The notes below the pieces were generated by a model that searched no databases, was not told the origin of the DNA, and saw nothing but the letters and a program-made list of their open reading frames with translations. A program made the position numbers and the translations under genes. Of a DNA stretch of 64,000 nucleotides, positions 24,945-38,260 are shown in pieces. Each line of letters begins with the position of its first letter. Position 1 is the stretch's first letter. Source of the stretch: Octopus vulgaris (Eukaryota); NCBI GenBank assembly GCA_951406725.2, contig OX597825.1:54870001-54934000 (forward strand). Direction: 5' to 3'.

Positions 24945-25190
24945 CGTATTTTTGCCATTTCAATATGGCTAACCCCTAAGGGTGGATGCTACTGTAGTTT
25001 TTAGCCCCATATATAAATATATATACCATAGGCTTCTTTCAGCTTCTGTCTACCAAATCCACTCACAAGGCTTTGGTCAGCCCGAGGCTACAGTAGAAGA
25101 CACTTGCCCAAGGTGCCACACAGTGGGACTGACCCCAGAACCATGTGGTTGGGAAATAAGCTTCTTAACATACACCCACTCCTGCACCTA
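24698..25190 (-). mobile_element. Family B CORE-SINE
   Basis: Tail, internal microsatellite, core and head all readable on the minus strand. Confidence 0.87.
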
Positions 25191-25429
25191 TATTAGTGTG
25201 TGCATTCTTGTTTTGACATTACATGCTGTTTGTAAACAAGTATTACTGTCATAGAAGCAATGTTGATCACTTCTACTCCCTTGTGGAAAACATAACTGGT
25301 CATGAGAAATATTACCTTGCTGAGAAACAGGTGAGAATTAGTGATGGGAAATGACATCAGATTGAATAGAAATCTGCCTTAAGGAATTCTCTCTGATCCA
25401 TGCTAGCATGGAAAAGTGGATGCCAAATT

Positions 25430-26110
25430 TATACTCCCTTACTTTCTTCAATCATAAAACTGTGACTATGCAGGGGCACCATCTTGAAGCATTTTTAGTC
25501 AAACAACTTCTGGTACTTATTCGATTGGCCTCTTTTGCAGAACTAATAAGTTACAGGGACATAAACACAGCAACACCAGTAGTCAAGTGGTGGTGGTAGT
25601 GGGCAAACACAGACTCAGAGACAGACGCGCCTATATTTATTTATATCTATACATATAAAGTTAAAGTTGTCTGTGTGTGTGTGTGTGTGTGACAGGTTTG
25701 ATAGCCTTCAACTAACACTATCTCCTCCGAGACCCTGCAGCGCAAGTTGACCAAAATTGAGAGTATGAGAGAAAAAGACTTGCTCTTCATTCTGTAGAAG
25801 AAAAAATTCAAATAGGACCATGTTAAGACCAAAAATTATTTACATCAAAAAGGTGCGTTTTTTTCTATGAAAATACCTATTTTTTATAATTTTTTGACTG
25901 CTGTGTCACTATTTTTCAGTGTATTTCAACCAGAAAAATGTTCACTTAAAGAGAATAACAAGCTACATAATGCAAAAGTTTTACTTTTCAAAAAAGACTG
26001 AAACTATGTCAAAACTTTGTTAACGCGACATCAAAGTATGCCGTTTTCAGCGCAACTAAAAAACAAGCCCAAGCAATGCCAGGCTATACTGCTAGTATAT
26101 ATATATATGT

Positions 26111-26141
<31 letters not shown>

Positions 26142-26290
26142 TATACACACATACGATGAACTTCTTTCAGTTTCCATCTAGCAAATACACTCACAAGGCT
26201 TTCGTCAGCCCAAGGCTATAGAAGACTTGTCCAAAGTTCATGTGGTTGTGATGTAAACTTCTCATGACACAACCACAGCAGCACTTATGT
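25430..26290 (-). mobile_element. Degenerate family B CORE-SINE split by a Helitron
   Basis: Tail half at 25430-25640 and head half at 26150-26290. Confidence 0.75.
25646..26095 (+). mobile_element. Non-autonomous Helitron
   Basis: Starts TC after A, ends CTAG before T, subterminal hairpin gcccaagcaatgccaggc, no TSD. Confidence 0.85.
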
Positions 26291-26367
26291 GAGGTATTTA
26301 ATTCTATGATTACTATAGCATTTCATATTTTATATTGTATTTTTAATTCTCTTTCTCTTTCTCTTTT

Positions 26368-26649
26368 TCTCTTTTACTTGTTTCAGTCATTTGACTGCGG
26401 CCATGCTGGAGCACCGCCTTTAGTCGAGCAAATCGACCCCGGGACTTATTCTTTGTAAGCCTGGTACTTATTCTATCGGTCTCTTTTTGCCGAACCGCTA
26501 AGTGACGGGGACGTAAACACACCAGCATCGGTTGTCAAGTAATGCTAGGGGGACAAACACAGACACACAAACATACACATACATATATATATATACATAT
26601 ATACGACAGGCTTCTTTCAGTTTCCGTCTACCAAATCCACTCACAAGGC
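26368..26649 (-). mobile_element. Young 5'-truncated family B SINE
   Basis: CpG-intact match to the family B tail and part of the core. Confidence 0.9.
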
Positions 26650-26982
26650 GATAATTTCTTATAAGCATTTTTTTTCATAAACAAGCAGAGCATATGTATG
26701 CCTTTGAATTTTTCAAATGATTATGTATATCTTCCGTTTTAACAACAAATGTGTATAAAAGCAGTAATATTTGCTCATGAATCTATGTTATTCTGTTGAT
26801 GTGGAACTCTGTGTCTGTCCATTTTTATGAAGACTTCAGTACCAGAAACATATTTGTGCCCAGAGAAGATGCAAATTATTATATATGACTGAATGTATGA
26901 ATGTTCGTATGTAGCAGTGTGTGTGTGTTTTGAGACATATATGTGTTTGAGTATAAAAACGTGTGTGTGTGTATATATATAT

Positions 26983-27380
26983 ATTCTTTTATTCTTTTAC
27001 TTGTTTCAGTCATTTTGACTGCAGCCATGCTGGAGAACTGCCTTTAGTCAAGCAAATTGACCCCAGGACTTATTCTTTGTAAGCCTAGTACTTATTCTAT
27101 CGGTCTCTTTACTGAACCGCTAAGTTACGGGGACGTAAACACACTAGCATCGTTTGTCAAGCGATGGTGGGGCACAGACACACAAACATATACACACACA
27201 CCCATATATATATATATATATACGACGGGCTTCTTTCAGTTTCCGTCTACCAAATCCATTCACAAGGCTTTGGTCGACCCGAGACTATAGTAGAAGACAC
27301 TTGCCCAAGATGCCATGCAGTGGGACTGAACCTGGAACCATGTGGCTGGTAAGCAAGCTACTTACCACACTGCCACTCCT
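26983..27380 (-). mobile_element. Family B CORE-SINE, near full length
   Basis: Head, CORE-like segment, microsatellite and tail. Confidence 0.92.
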
Positions 27381-28059
27381 ATATATATATATATATATAT
27401 ATGAAGTTGATAAGTCTTCATTGGTATTCCAGTTTTTTGCTAGTGAATGTTTCCGTTCAGCTGACAAAGTATAACACACATATACATGAATGCATTCATA
27501 TATGCATCCACATTGTTTATATGTCTGTATAAGACTTTATATTTTCTGTAATAAAGCCTTACATTACCGAAATAAGATATCTTAAATGTTTTTGCATTGT
27601 TTTTTTAAATTTTTTAAAAAAAATCTTTAAAAGAATAGAAATAGAGCTGGCAATCAACAGACACTAAAACATAAAACTGGTTATGATTAGAAAAAAACAA
27701 AATAAAATATAATATATTGCCAGATAACTGAGCAGAAATTTTTAAGATAATCAGATAACTTTGAAGAAATCTTATTACAAAAAAAAGAAAGAAAAATATT
27801 TAATCATTTTAAAAATTCAAACTTTGGGAAGTTTAGCATATTTTTATGGCTTCATGGGAAGAGAATGGAGCAGACCCTATGACTTCACTCTTTGTTTTTA
27901 TTTATTTATTTATTTTGAGGGCCTCTATCTAGGATTGATAGGGCTAAAGGAAGTAAAAACCACAAGTTCTAGCTTTTACTCAGAGTAGAGACCTAGCAGA
28001 AATCCTTATAACAGAGTGAATTCTTCTAAAGCAGTGGACCAAAAGTCATTCCTTCAACA

Positions 28060-28242
28060 TCATTATTATCATCGTCATCGTTGATGTCTGCTTTCCATGC
28101 TGGCATGTTTTGGATGGTTTGGCATGGAGTTGGCTAGCAGGGAGCTGTTCAGATTCCAATTGTCTGTTGTGGCATGGTTACTACGGCTGGATGCCCTTCC
28201 TAATGCCAACTTCTGAAGAGAGTGTGCTGGGTGCTTCACACA
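28060..28242 (-). mobile_element. RTE-type 3' tail fragment
   Basis: ctttccatgctggcatg...ggctggatgcccttcctaatgccaac. Confidence 0.75.
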
Positions 28243-28594
28243 ATTATTTGTGTTAGCTGAACTATGTAAAACATCAAAGAAAGAAACTTGTTCTTGCACT
28301 AAATACATCTAAAGTAAAAATTTGTCATGGACCCATAAGATACTATTGGGGACCTAATTTACTATTTTGGTTGTGTGGATTCCCAAAAATCATATATTGA
28401 CCCCGAAGAGTCATACAGACCCTGGTTAAGAAATGCTATTCTGAAAGCTTGTTAAGGATGATCAGGTGATGGATTAAGTCCACTACTCGTTGTGGTAGTC
28501 CAGTTTATAAACTTAGTCGCCAATGATTCTTCTGCACAAGTTGATGTTGTTGATAATATTTAGCCCCTGATCAACGCTGATCTAGTAGACCAAT

Positions 28595-29008
28595 AGGCGC
28601 AGGAGTGGCTGTGTGGTAAGTAGCTTCCTTACTAACCACATGGTTCTGGGCTCAGTCCCACTGCATGGCATCTTGGGCAAGTGTTTTCTACTATAGCCTC
28701 AGGTTGACAAATGCTTTGTGAGTGGATTTGGTAGACAGAAACTGAAAGAAGCCCATCATATATAAGTATGTGTGTATATGTTTGTGTGTCTGTGTTTGTC
28801 CCCCCAACATCGTTTGACAACCAATGCTGGTGTGTTTACGTCCCCGTAACTTAGCAGTTTGGCAAAAGAGACCGATAGAATAAGTACTAGGCTAACAAAG
28901 AATAAGTTCTGGGATTGATTTGCTTGACAAAAGGTGGTGCTCCAGCATGGCTGCAGTCAAATGGCTGAAACAAGTAAAAGAATAAAAGAATAAAAAGAAA
29001 GAATAAAG
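28595..29008 (+). mobile_element. Family B CORE-SINE, full length
   Basis: ggcgcaggagtggctgtgtggtaag...gcatcttgggcaagtg...gaaacaagtaaaagaataaaag. Confidence 0.92.
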
Positions 29009-31030
29009 TAGTGATATTTACTCATGATGTATGCTTATATGTGGAACAAACTTACTCTGGTTTTGCAACCATTTTCCCCATGTTAGCATGGGGTAGTGGA
29101 ATATATTATTGAGGTCCTGTAGATGGATGCTACTACTATCACTAACCTTTACTTGCTTTTCAATTTAGGGTCTTATATATCACACACATTTTTGAAAGTG
29201 CAGAGCCTGCAGATAGATGTATTGTTGACAGAGAAAATGAAATGACAACAATCTCAGTATGTGTAGCTTAACAAGTTTTGAAGAAACATAGATGTAAGGA
29301 AATACACACAGATATATGTGTTTATGTGTGTTGGGGGGGGGGGGCAAGGCTTTGTACAGTTTTCATCTTCCAAATCCCCTCACAAGGTACTGGTTGGTTG
29401 CTCAGGGCTATAGAAAATATTTTCTCCAAGATAGCACATAATGGGACTGAACACTAAACCTCATGGTTTTGAAGTTAATTTCTTAACTATGCAGTATGCC
29501 TGGACTGTGAGTGTTGCATTCTGAGTTCAAGTTCTGCTGCAACTTAGCCTTTCATCCATTTAAGGAACACAGTCCTAAATACTCCCCAATAGTCAGGATA
29601 GGCATAGTTGGAATGTCTTTGGCTATAAAGCCCTCAGCTTGGGGAGAGTTCATTAACTTAAAATTAAACAACAACAAAAACCTATTACCGCAACAACTTT
29701 AAGAACATCCCACTCACATTTTGATAAGAGATGTTCTTCATATGAGATTTGACTCTTTAGAAAGACTGTCTTTACCATAAAAGAAATATGGTTAATTTGT
29801 AACAAACCAAAACACACCACACACACACACACACACACGCACACACAAAATTTCTTTAATAAATTTTTGAAAGATTTTTCAAAATAAAATTATCTTGAAG
29901 TTCCTAAACAGACATAAATTTGGTAGAAATAACAACATAAAGAATAAATTCAAAATATTATCTAATGGTTGAAATTGTCCCAGATATGAAACTTCACTAG
30001 AAAAATTGTTGATGGCAGAAACTAGTTACAGGAAAGATATCAGGCTGTAAAATGATGTCTATATGGAAAAATGGATGTAACATAAATGAAAAAAATTCTG
30101 AGTTCAAATCCTGCTGAAGTTGACTTTGCCTTCATTCTCACCTGGGGTGAGAGGAGAGAGGGCAGAATATATTACCAGTAATGTATTGTGGATCAGTTAT
30201 CTATGTGGATTGTATTTATTTACAACCAAGTGGACTGTGTTATTAAGGGCTAAGTATCTTAGTCATTGACACAGTAAATAAAACAGGTTAGAATATATAG
30301 TTTTAATGTTCTGGGAAATGCATGAATGTCACAACGTTGCCCATCAACCCACTCCACACGCATTTCCCACCACTCTCTCATTTAATATTTGATGAAGACA
30401 ACATTAGCAAAAACAGCTTAGACATGTGACAGCAACTTTCTATAAACAGGTATATTAATAAATAATTTGTCTGATTCCTTCGTTAAATTCAGTTTTGTTT
30501 TATTTTTGCATTCAGTTTTTTCATTTCTTTTTTTTTTTTTGGTACCCACAAATTGAATATAAAATGTTTTTCTTTCATGAATCTTAACTTAATCAACAAT
30601 TACTTAATTGCTTAATTGAAAACAAATTGTTGAGATAAATTAAAATTTATTTCTGCTATTGTTGTTTTTAAGCTGATTCAAATAAGAAAGTGAATGGATC
30701 ATGTGATTAGAAATGAACTGTGTGTTCTTAGCGTATGAGATCAAATCTGGTGTGAAATCTGCAACATCAAAGAAGAGGTGTAGCCAGTTTACAACAGTTA
30801 ATCACTTTTTTGACTCTGGAAGGATGAAAATTAAAGGTCAACCCCAGCGCAATTTGAGCTGAGAATACACAGGAATGAATGTAAATAAAAAAGTTTACAA
30901 CATCTAGTTCATTATTGTATCATTTCCACCAAATCCTCACTGCCCTGTAACATGCTGTCAATAATAATAACAACAAAATAAAAATAAATATAATAATGAT
31001 AATAATGAAAAATAAGAAAAAAAAAAGATA

Positions 31031-31065
<35 letters not shown>

Positions 31066-31072
31066 AATAATA

Positions 31073-31611
31073 ATGGTCTGATGCAGTACTAGGCAGTGGC
31101 TCTCATGGCTTCTTATCTTAACTGATTGGAAGTGTTATCATATACATTGTTTTGTCTTGGTATAAAAGATGGGCTACAACAAATATTCAGCTCAATACCA
31201 CAGATTTGCTTGTCAGTTGTTTGACCATAACCAGTTGAGCATGTCCCTTAGTGGCTAACGATATGTGCATCTCTGATCATGAGCAGAAGAAGTTGGGGAG
31301 CATCATAGCCTTGTTTTGAGAGAAACTCTTTGGGGTTTGGATAATTCACCTTTGGAAACATTCTTAAACAACCCTTATTCAAGAACCTTTTGAGTGGGAT
31401 GGGCTACTCGACCTGAAGAAAATTCTAACTGGGCCCCACTTGCAAGGTCATGCACTGTTTTTTCTTGATATGAGATCACCATGTTGTGCAGATATGGTTG
31501 TGATGCATGTGCCTGGTGTATCCTAAACTGATGGGTAGTCATGATGGGTATACTGGGCTTTGTATATTTTACCCCAGTGTCACTTTGATGACATGCACTG
31601 CTCTCTCACTC

Positions 31612-31612
<1 letters not shown>
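31073..31612 (+). mobile_element. ~550-bp non-coding element inserted in (TAA)n, copy 2
   Basis: Same element as 20172-20728; long (AAT)n on both sides. Confidence 0.88.
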
Positions 31613-31652
<40 letters not shown>

Positions 31653-31674
31653 TGATGATGATGATCATGATCAT

Positions 31675-32072
31675 GATTTCAAATTTCAGCACAAGGTCAG
31701 CAATTTTGGGGGAGGATAGGTTGATTACATTGACCCTAATATAAAGCAAAGTCCATTTTGGTAGCATTTCTACTCAGAGCGTGAAGATGAACAAAATGTC
31801 ATTGAGCCTTTTGTCTGACATGTTAATGATTCTGCCACCTTGATGCCTTAATAATAATAAGGGTTTCAAATTTCGGCACAAGGCCAACAAGTTCAAGGGA
31901 GAGGTCAAGTTGATTACATTGATCCCCAGCTTTCACCTGGTACTTGTTTCATTGACCCAAAGAGAATGAAAAGTCGACCTCAATGGAATTTGGACTCAGA
32001 ATGTAAAGATAGTTAAAATACCACTAAACACTTTTCTGGCATGTTAACAATTCTGCCAGCTTGCCACCTTAA
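31675..32072 (-). mobile_element. Two tandem family A SINE copies
   Basis: Reverse-strand heads (ttctgccaccttgatgcctt, ttctgccagcttgccacctt) and family A bodies. Confidence 0.8.
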
Positions 32073-32084
32073 TGATTATGATGA

Positions 32085-33747
32085 TGATAACTATGAACAT
32101 GTTTGGAATAGCAAAAACACAAGGAAAATGTTTAAGGAAAGTATGAAACATTGAAATACTGAATTGATCAGAGGAAAACAAAAATTCGGAAAAATGAACA
32201 TCAGATGTGGAGTATACCAAGGTGATAGCTTATCTCTATTGCTATTTGTACTGGCCATGACACTGCCTACTATGATACTAAAGAGAGTTAAAATTGATTA
32301 TGATTTGGGTAAAGGAAATGGTCAGCTAAATCATCTCCTTTTCATAAATAACAAAGGTTTATGTGAAAAATGAGAAACTGCTTGAAAGTCTTGTACACAC
32401 TATCCACATTTTCCCAAATGACATAGGTATGGAATTTGGGTTAGAAAAGTGTGCTATATTGAAAATGAAACAAGGAAGATTAAAAAGAAACCAAGAAACT
32501 GAAATGCAAATGGGCAAACAGTGGGAGCAGTTGAGAAAGGACGGGGAGATAAGTACTTGAGAATACTGGAAGCAGATGAAACAAAAAATGAAGGAAAGAA
32601 ACAAATGACCAGTAGGGAGTACACAAGGAGAGTGAGAAAATTATTGCAGTCAAAGCTGAATTCCAGAAATCTTATTGAAGCAATAAATTCAAGAGCAGTA
32701 CTTGTAATCAGATATAGAGTTGTACTTGAGGAGAGAGCAGGCTGGAAGAGGCTTGATAGCAGTAGAGGAATGTGTACTGATGGAAAGGAAAAGCCTAATA
32801 GAGTATTTACAATGCAGCACAGAAAAAATAAAGATAGTAAATGAAGAACAGATGATCAAGCATGTAATAGGAAAAAAGGACAAGAATGAAATACAAGGAG
32901 AGCACACCAGACAGATTGAAAAGAAACCTCTGCATGACCAATTTTGGGGATCCACTGAAGATGTATATGGAACAAAATCCTGAGCTTGGTTAAAAAAGGG
33001 GCAATTGAAAAAAGAAACAGAAAGTCTAATAGTAGCAGCCCAAGATCAAGCAATAAAAACAAACAACTTAAGAAAAATATATATGGAGAGAATGTATCAG
33101 AAAAATGTAGAGCTTGTGGAAGTTGGAATGAGACAGTGGCACACATTGTGGCAGAATATCCCAAGTTGGTACAGGAAGAATATAGGAAATGGAGGCACAA
33201 CCAGGTTGTAAAATTTTACACTGGAAACTGTGCCAGAAATTGTGATTTGAAACTGGAAATACACGGTACAATCATTGAGTCAAAAGTACAGAAGTCGGAG
33301 AAATGTAAAATTTTGTAGTAATTTCCTATTCAAACGGACAAGTTAGAAAATAATAGACCAGACATAACAATTATACAGAACGGAAAACAAGGTTGCTTAC
33401 CTATTGACCCATCATGTTCATCTGATTCCAGGATCATGAAAAAAGGAGAAAAACAAAAAAATAAAATCCCTTAAAATTCGAAATAGGAAGAATTTGGAGC
33501 ATGCAAACAGTAAAGGTAGTGCCTATAGTAATTAATGCATTGGAAACAGTAGACAAAGATATATACAAATGGCTGAAGGAGATTGGAATAGAATGCCCGT
33601 TAGAGCTCCTACAGAAAGTTTGTCTCTTAGAGACAGCAAGGATTATTGAAGGACAGATGAAAACTTGTAGATACCTAAGGTTACAGGTAATAACCTGCTA
33701 CCCATGTAAATCCTACCAGGAATAAGACCAAACCTGAGTGAAACCAA

Positions 33748-33783
<36 letters not shown>
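32085..33783 (+). mobile_element. 5'-truncated degenerate R4/Dong-clade non-LTR retrotransposon (RT, CCHC, RLE)
   Basis: GVYQGDSLSLLLF, LNHLLFINN (YMDD position), IGMEFGLEKCA, KCRACG...ETVAHIV zinc knuckle, RHNQV, NRPDI endonuclease, VVPIVINAL; (AAT)n tail; many frameshifts. Confidence 0.93.
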
Positions 33784-33784
<1 letters not shown>

Positions 33785-34004
33785 TAAAAATAAATACATA
33801 TATACAGAATAATAGGGTCATCACAGCAGGAATGTGTTTGATCATAAGTCTTCTGAATCAGGATTGACCTGGGGCCTAACAAAAATAACAACATGAGGAT
33901 ATGTAGTCTTTGAGAGAGTTTATTTAGCTGCAAGTACTTAGATCAGACTTTTCTCCCTGTTCCTACTTTGTCCACATGTTTACCTACAAGTGATTAGGCT
34001 GGGT

Positions 34005-34226
34005 GGGCACCAGCTACAAAAATTTGATCAGTCTTAGAGGAGGCCCTCTGCTACAACAGTTTGGCCACTCAGAGAAGAGGGCATTGACTACATAAGTTTG
34101 ACCAGTCTCAGATAAGCACATGAGCTACAATAGTTTGACCGGTGTGAAAGTAGTACACCAGCTGTATCACATTAGCCATCCCTCAAGAAGGATACCAGTT
34201 ACAGCACTTTGACCATTTTGGAAATG
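34005..34226 (+). repeat. Six degenerate 37-bp tandem repeats
   Basis: Units begin at 34005 and repeat every 37 bp with shared core (cag)ctaca....tttgacca. Confidence 0.8.
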
Positions 34227-34605
34227 GAAAGGAACAAAAGAACTACATATGTTAAGGTCACTGCCTTCCTAACTAACCTACAAAAGAAAAATAATAAAAT
34301 AAAGACAAAATAAAGAAACAATTCCATCAACAGAGAATTGAACCCAGTTCACTGGGTTGTGAGAAGCTAGTATACCATTTGCTCAGCAAGTTGTTGGAAG
34401 CTATACTTATCCTCCTACCAGCCTGAGTCTCCCCACCTCTTGAGTTCAATGTTCTGGAGTTTAGCAAATTGAATAAAAACCATAGAAAACTTTATATTTT
34501 ATTGGAATATCGTTTTTGTTTTATTCACCTCATTAGCAATTTTATCTTCCAAGTCAAGGGATTAAATTGATGAAAGTTGTGTGTGCATGTGTGTTTATGC
34601 AGCAA

Positions 34606-34690
34606 TGTATGTATGTATGTATGTATGTATGTATGTATGTATGTATGTATGTATGTATGTATGTATGTATGTATGTATGTATGCATGCAT
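34606..34690. repeat. (TGTA)n microsatellite
   Basis: Directly visible. Confidence 0.97.
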
Positions 34691-35789
34691 GTTTGCATAT
34701 ATATACATGAAGACTTGAAAGTCTTTCAAATTGTATTTTTACCACTACCCACCCAAATATACATCACCCAACCATGCCAGCCCTCCACCATTGATAAAGT
34801 TTTTAAGCCAGTAATGTTTATTGGTAAAAATGTAAGTTCGTTCCCAAAAGAAAAATACACCAACTGCAGCTGCCAATGATGATGATGAGGCATCAGTGGC
34901 TACGATGATGAAGAAGATGATGAAGATGATGATGATGATGATAAAGAAAAATCTTTATAAAATGTGCAAGATCATTTAGAAGAGTTCAATATCTAAAAAT
35001 AAAATAAGATGACCCAGGAATTGTGAAATGGCAGATGACCAGATAATGGTTAAAAGAACAAGTAGCATGGTCTATGAATTTATTAGATTTACTTTAATGG
35101 TGGTTTTGAGCCAGAGCAGAAAATAGCGCTTCAAGGATTTTTGGTAAATGTATATTGACCACCACAAAGAAGATATAATGAAAGTCTTAACTGGCCAAGT
35201 GGTCACTGTGCCAGATTATCTGCACGGGTCAGTAGTTCATAACTGATCATCCAAGGCTGCCCAGTGGTCAAAGATGGTCTGGCTGCTTGAACACTCAATT
35301 AGGCCAGTAAACAGTAAACAAGTTCTTTGTATTTGTATTTGTTTAACCCTCAAGCCAGAACTGTTTTCAAGCAGAATCTATTATTATATGTATCCAGCCA
35401 TGACCATCACATTTATTTATTTACATATTTATTTAATTACTCTTTATATCATAGCCAGGGATTATTTTGTCTGATAAATGGTGAATGTAGGAAGTAGGTT
35501 ATTATTTGAGGCAAATTTTGTTGCTATCACTAGCTGGTTGAGTCTCTATGCACCCTCATAGTTATAGCTCAGCTCAGCTAGATGCTGCAGTCAGTGAGAG
35601 CTCTGAGTAAATTTATAAATGCTTTGTTGATTTACAAAGCAGACTTCAATTCTTTGTAAGAGATAAAACTGAATCATATTTGTCTATTAGAAAATAGCTT
35701 AAATTTTTCTCCTTATGTACATCTCAGTTGGCCAGCTCCTGTCAAACCATCCAGCCCATGCCATCATGGAGAATGGATATTAAACAATG

Positions 35790-36236
35790 ATAATGATGAT
35801 TATTTAATGTCCACATTTCTGGCATGCATGGCTCAGATGAAATTTGTTGAGGCAGATTTTCTATGACCAGATGCCCTTTTTGTCTCCATCCCTCATCTCT
35901 TTAGAAGCAAGTGATATTCCCACATAGTTAGACATGTCTTTCACAGAAGACTGGAAATGAGCAGCCTTGCTTGTATGACAACAAATCCCATTTACAACCA
36001 TCAGGTTATGTCAAGACAAGGGTATACACACACACTCTCTCTCACTTTATCTCTGTCTCTTTCTCTCTCTCTCTCACACACATACACACACATTCACACT
36101 AAGGGATTCACTCAGTTTCTGTCCACCTAATCCACTCAAAATCTTTACTCGGTCCTGTGCTACAGAAGACACTTGCATATAGTACCATACATTGAAATTG
36201 AACCCAAGACCACACAGTTGAGAAGTAAGCTTCTTA

Positions 36237-36240
<4 letters not shown>
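35790..36240 (-). mobile_element. CORE-SINE with family B head and RTE-type tail (subfamily B2)
   Basis: B head/core at 36100-36240, then a different body ending in the RTE-like terminus; similar copies at ~29060-29500 and 63180-63580. Confidence 0.65.
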
Positions 36241-36278
<38 letters not shown>

Positions 36279-38039
36279 ACACACACATATATACATGTAT
36301 TTGCTGAGTGCAATCCAACTTTAAATTGCGCAATCACCACTATTTAGATCTCTCTTCCTATTTCTGTTTGTATCCTTTGTTATGAATTTCAAGCTTGAGT
36401 TTTACACAGAGGAAATGTACAAAACAAAACATGAGAGGTTGTTTATAAAATACAAGAATACCTGAACCATCAATAATGATGCAGATATTATTGAAAAATG
36501 TATATGATGAAAGTTGCTAATGAGTGTAAAGATATAAATAAAAATGTCAAAATAACCAGAAAAAAAAAATATTTATCACTCCCCAAATAGTTATACAGGT
36601 TTGATTACTTTTAATATGTATAATGGTGTAATCAATGATTCATTTATTATTCTACATTATATCATTTTCTGCAATAAATGTTCTAACTAAACTTACAAAT
36701 GTCATATGTGTATGTGTATTCAAAACTACCAAACTATATGCATATTTACACATGGGTACATAATCTTACAAACAGGTTACATACATTTTCTAATGGTTTT
36801 CAAGGGAGACAGGTTTAGTTTATGCAAAGGCAGCACATTTACAACAGATTTGAGACATTCTGTGCAAAAGCTACAAATGTACATTATAAACATTACTATT
36901 CATATTCACAACAAAAGTTCCAGAAGAACAATATTTCTTGTATAGACATAAAGAGGCACCAATACACCTTAACCTTCTGAAGTTTCAATCTGTAATCTCA
37001 AATTATTATATTTTTTGTTCTGCTTAAAGCAAGAATTACATGCATGCAGTATACTAAGTAAATAGGCTAAAGTTGAATGCATGATACCTCTCAGTAAATT
37101 GAATATAAAGGATAATAGTGGAATACAGTAGAATATATGAAGTAGAATAATTAATAGCAGAATAAGTGAAAGTACAAATACATAGAGTGTATTAAATATA
37201 TATTGATGAAGCATAGCATAATATATATTATATTGATTAGATTTATCAATGAGAAAAAGGAGAAAATTAATTTGATCATCAGAATTTATGAACATAAAAA
37301 CATTAGTTGAGCATTATGAGACAAAGAAGATGGCAGAATGAACTTTCGAGTACAAAAATATAAACAGAACTAATCCAGCCAGTGTCAAAAATTTAGAGCT
37401 TGTGTCAAATGATTTAGAAAGCAAATCATATAAAGCAGAACCTATTCAATAGCTCCAAATGGTTAAGTGTTACTCACAAGGAAAAGTATATGTACAAATA
37501 CACATAGCATAGAATATATATTGATTTGGTTTACACCAATTTACAATGGTGAATTGTGTCATCTTTTCAATCCAGTAATGTTACACAGAAAAGTTATACC
37601 TCTCTGATGATTTGAAATTAAGCTTTAATTATGTAATTTGCATTATGCAACTAATCATTCCATCATGTTCAATATAATATGGTGTAACTTAATATCATCT
37701 AAACAATCTCTCTCTCATCTATATAAGTTGAATGTGCTCTTTATGTTTAACAAAAGATAACACTAACTTTTATTAATAGAGAGTATGGTCAGGTGACTCT
37801 CACACTAGATATTACTGGTACATACATGGTAAGCCTGCCAATGTCAATCACTTCCTCAACATGATTTGAACTTAAACTATGAAGAACTAGAACCAAATAC
37901 ATTATTATTGTTTTTTATCCCCAAGTCAGACCTATTCCAAGGATAATCTGCATTCAAAGAGACTCCAGCCTTGACTATCTTCTTTTTGTATATCTACAAC
38001 TATGGTGCTTTATTTACTATAACTTCCTTTTGGTTAGTA

Positions 38040-38260
38040 ATGATTTTAGATTTTAGTACAATACCAGCAATTTTAAGGGGAAGGGTTTGGTTGATTACAC
38101 TGACCCCCAGTTCTTGACTAGAACTTGATTTTATTGATCCCAAAACGATGAGAGGCAAAGCTGACCTCAATGGAATTTAAACTCAGTATGTAAAGAGCTA
38201 GATGTAATGTTGCTAAGCGTTTTGTCTGACATGTTAACAATTTTGCCAGCTCTCTGCTTT
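38040..38260 (-). mobile_element. Family A SINE (further degenerate copies to ~38630)
   Basis: gaggcaaagctgacctcaatggaatttaaactcag...ttttgccagctc. Confidence 0.75.

Noticed and set aside
34005-34226. CRISPR-like repeat/spacer appearance
   Set aside because: Eukaryotic context, repeats too degenerate, variable parts only ~12 nt, no cas genes.
37285-37510. Coding-looking stretch MNIKTLVEHYETKKMAE...
   Set aside because: Several in-frame stops and no recognisable family.
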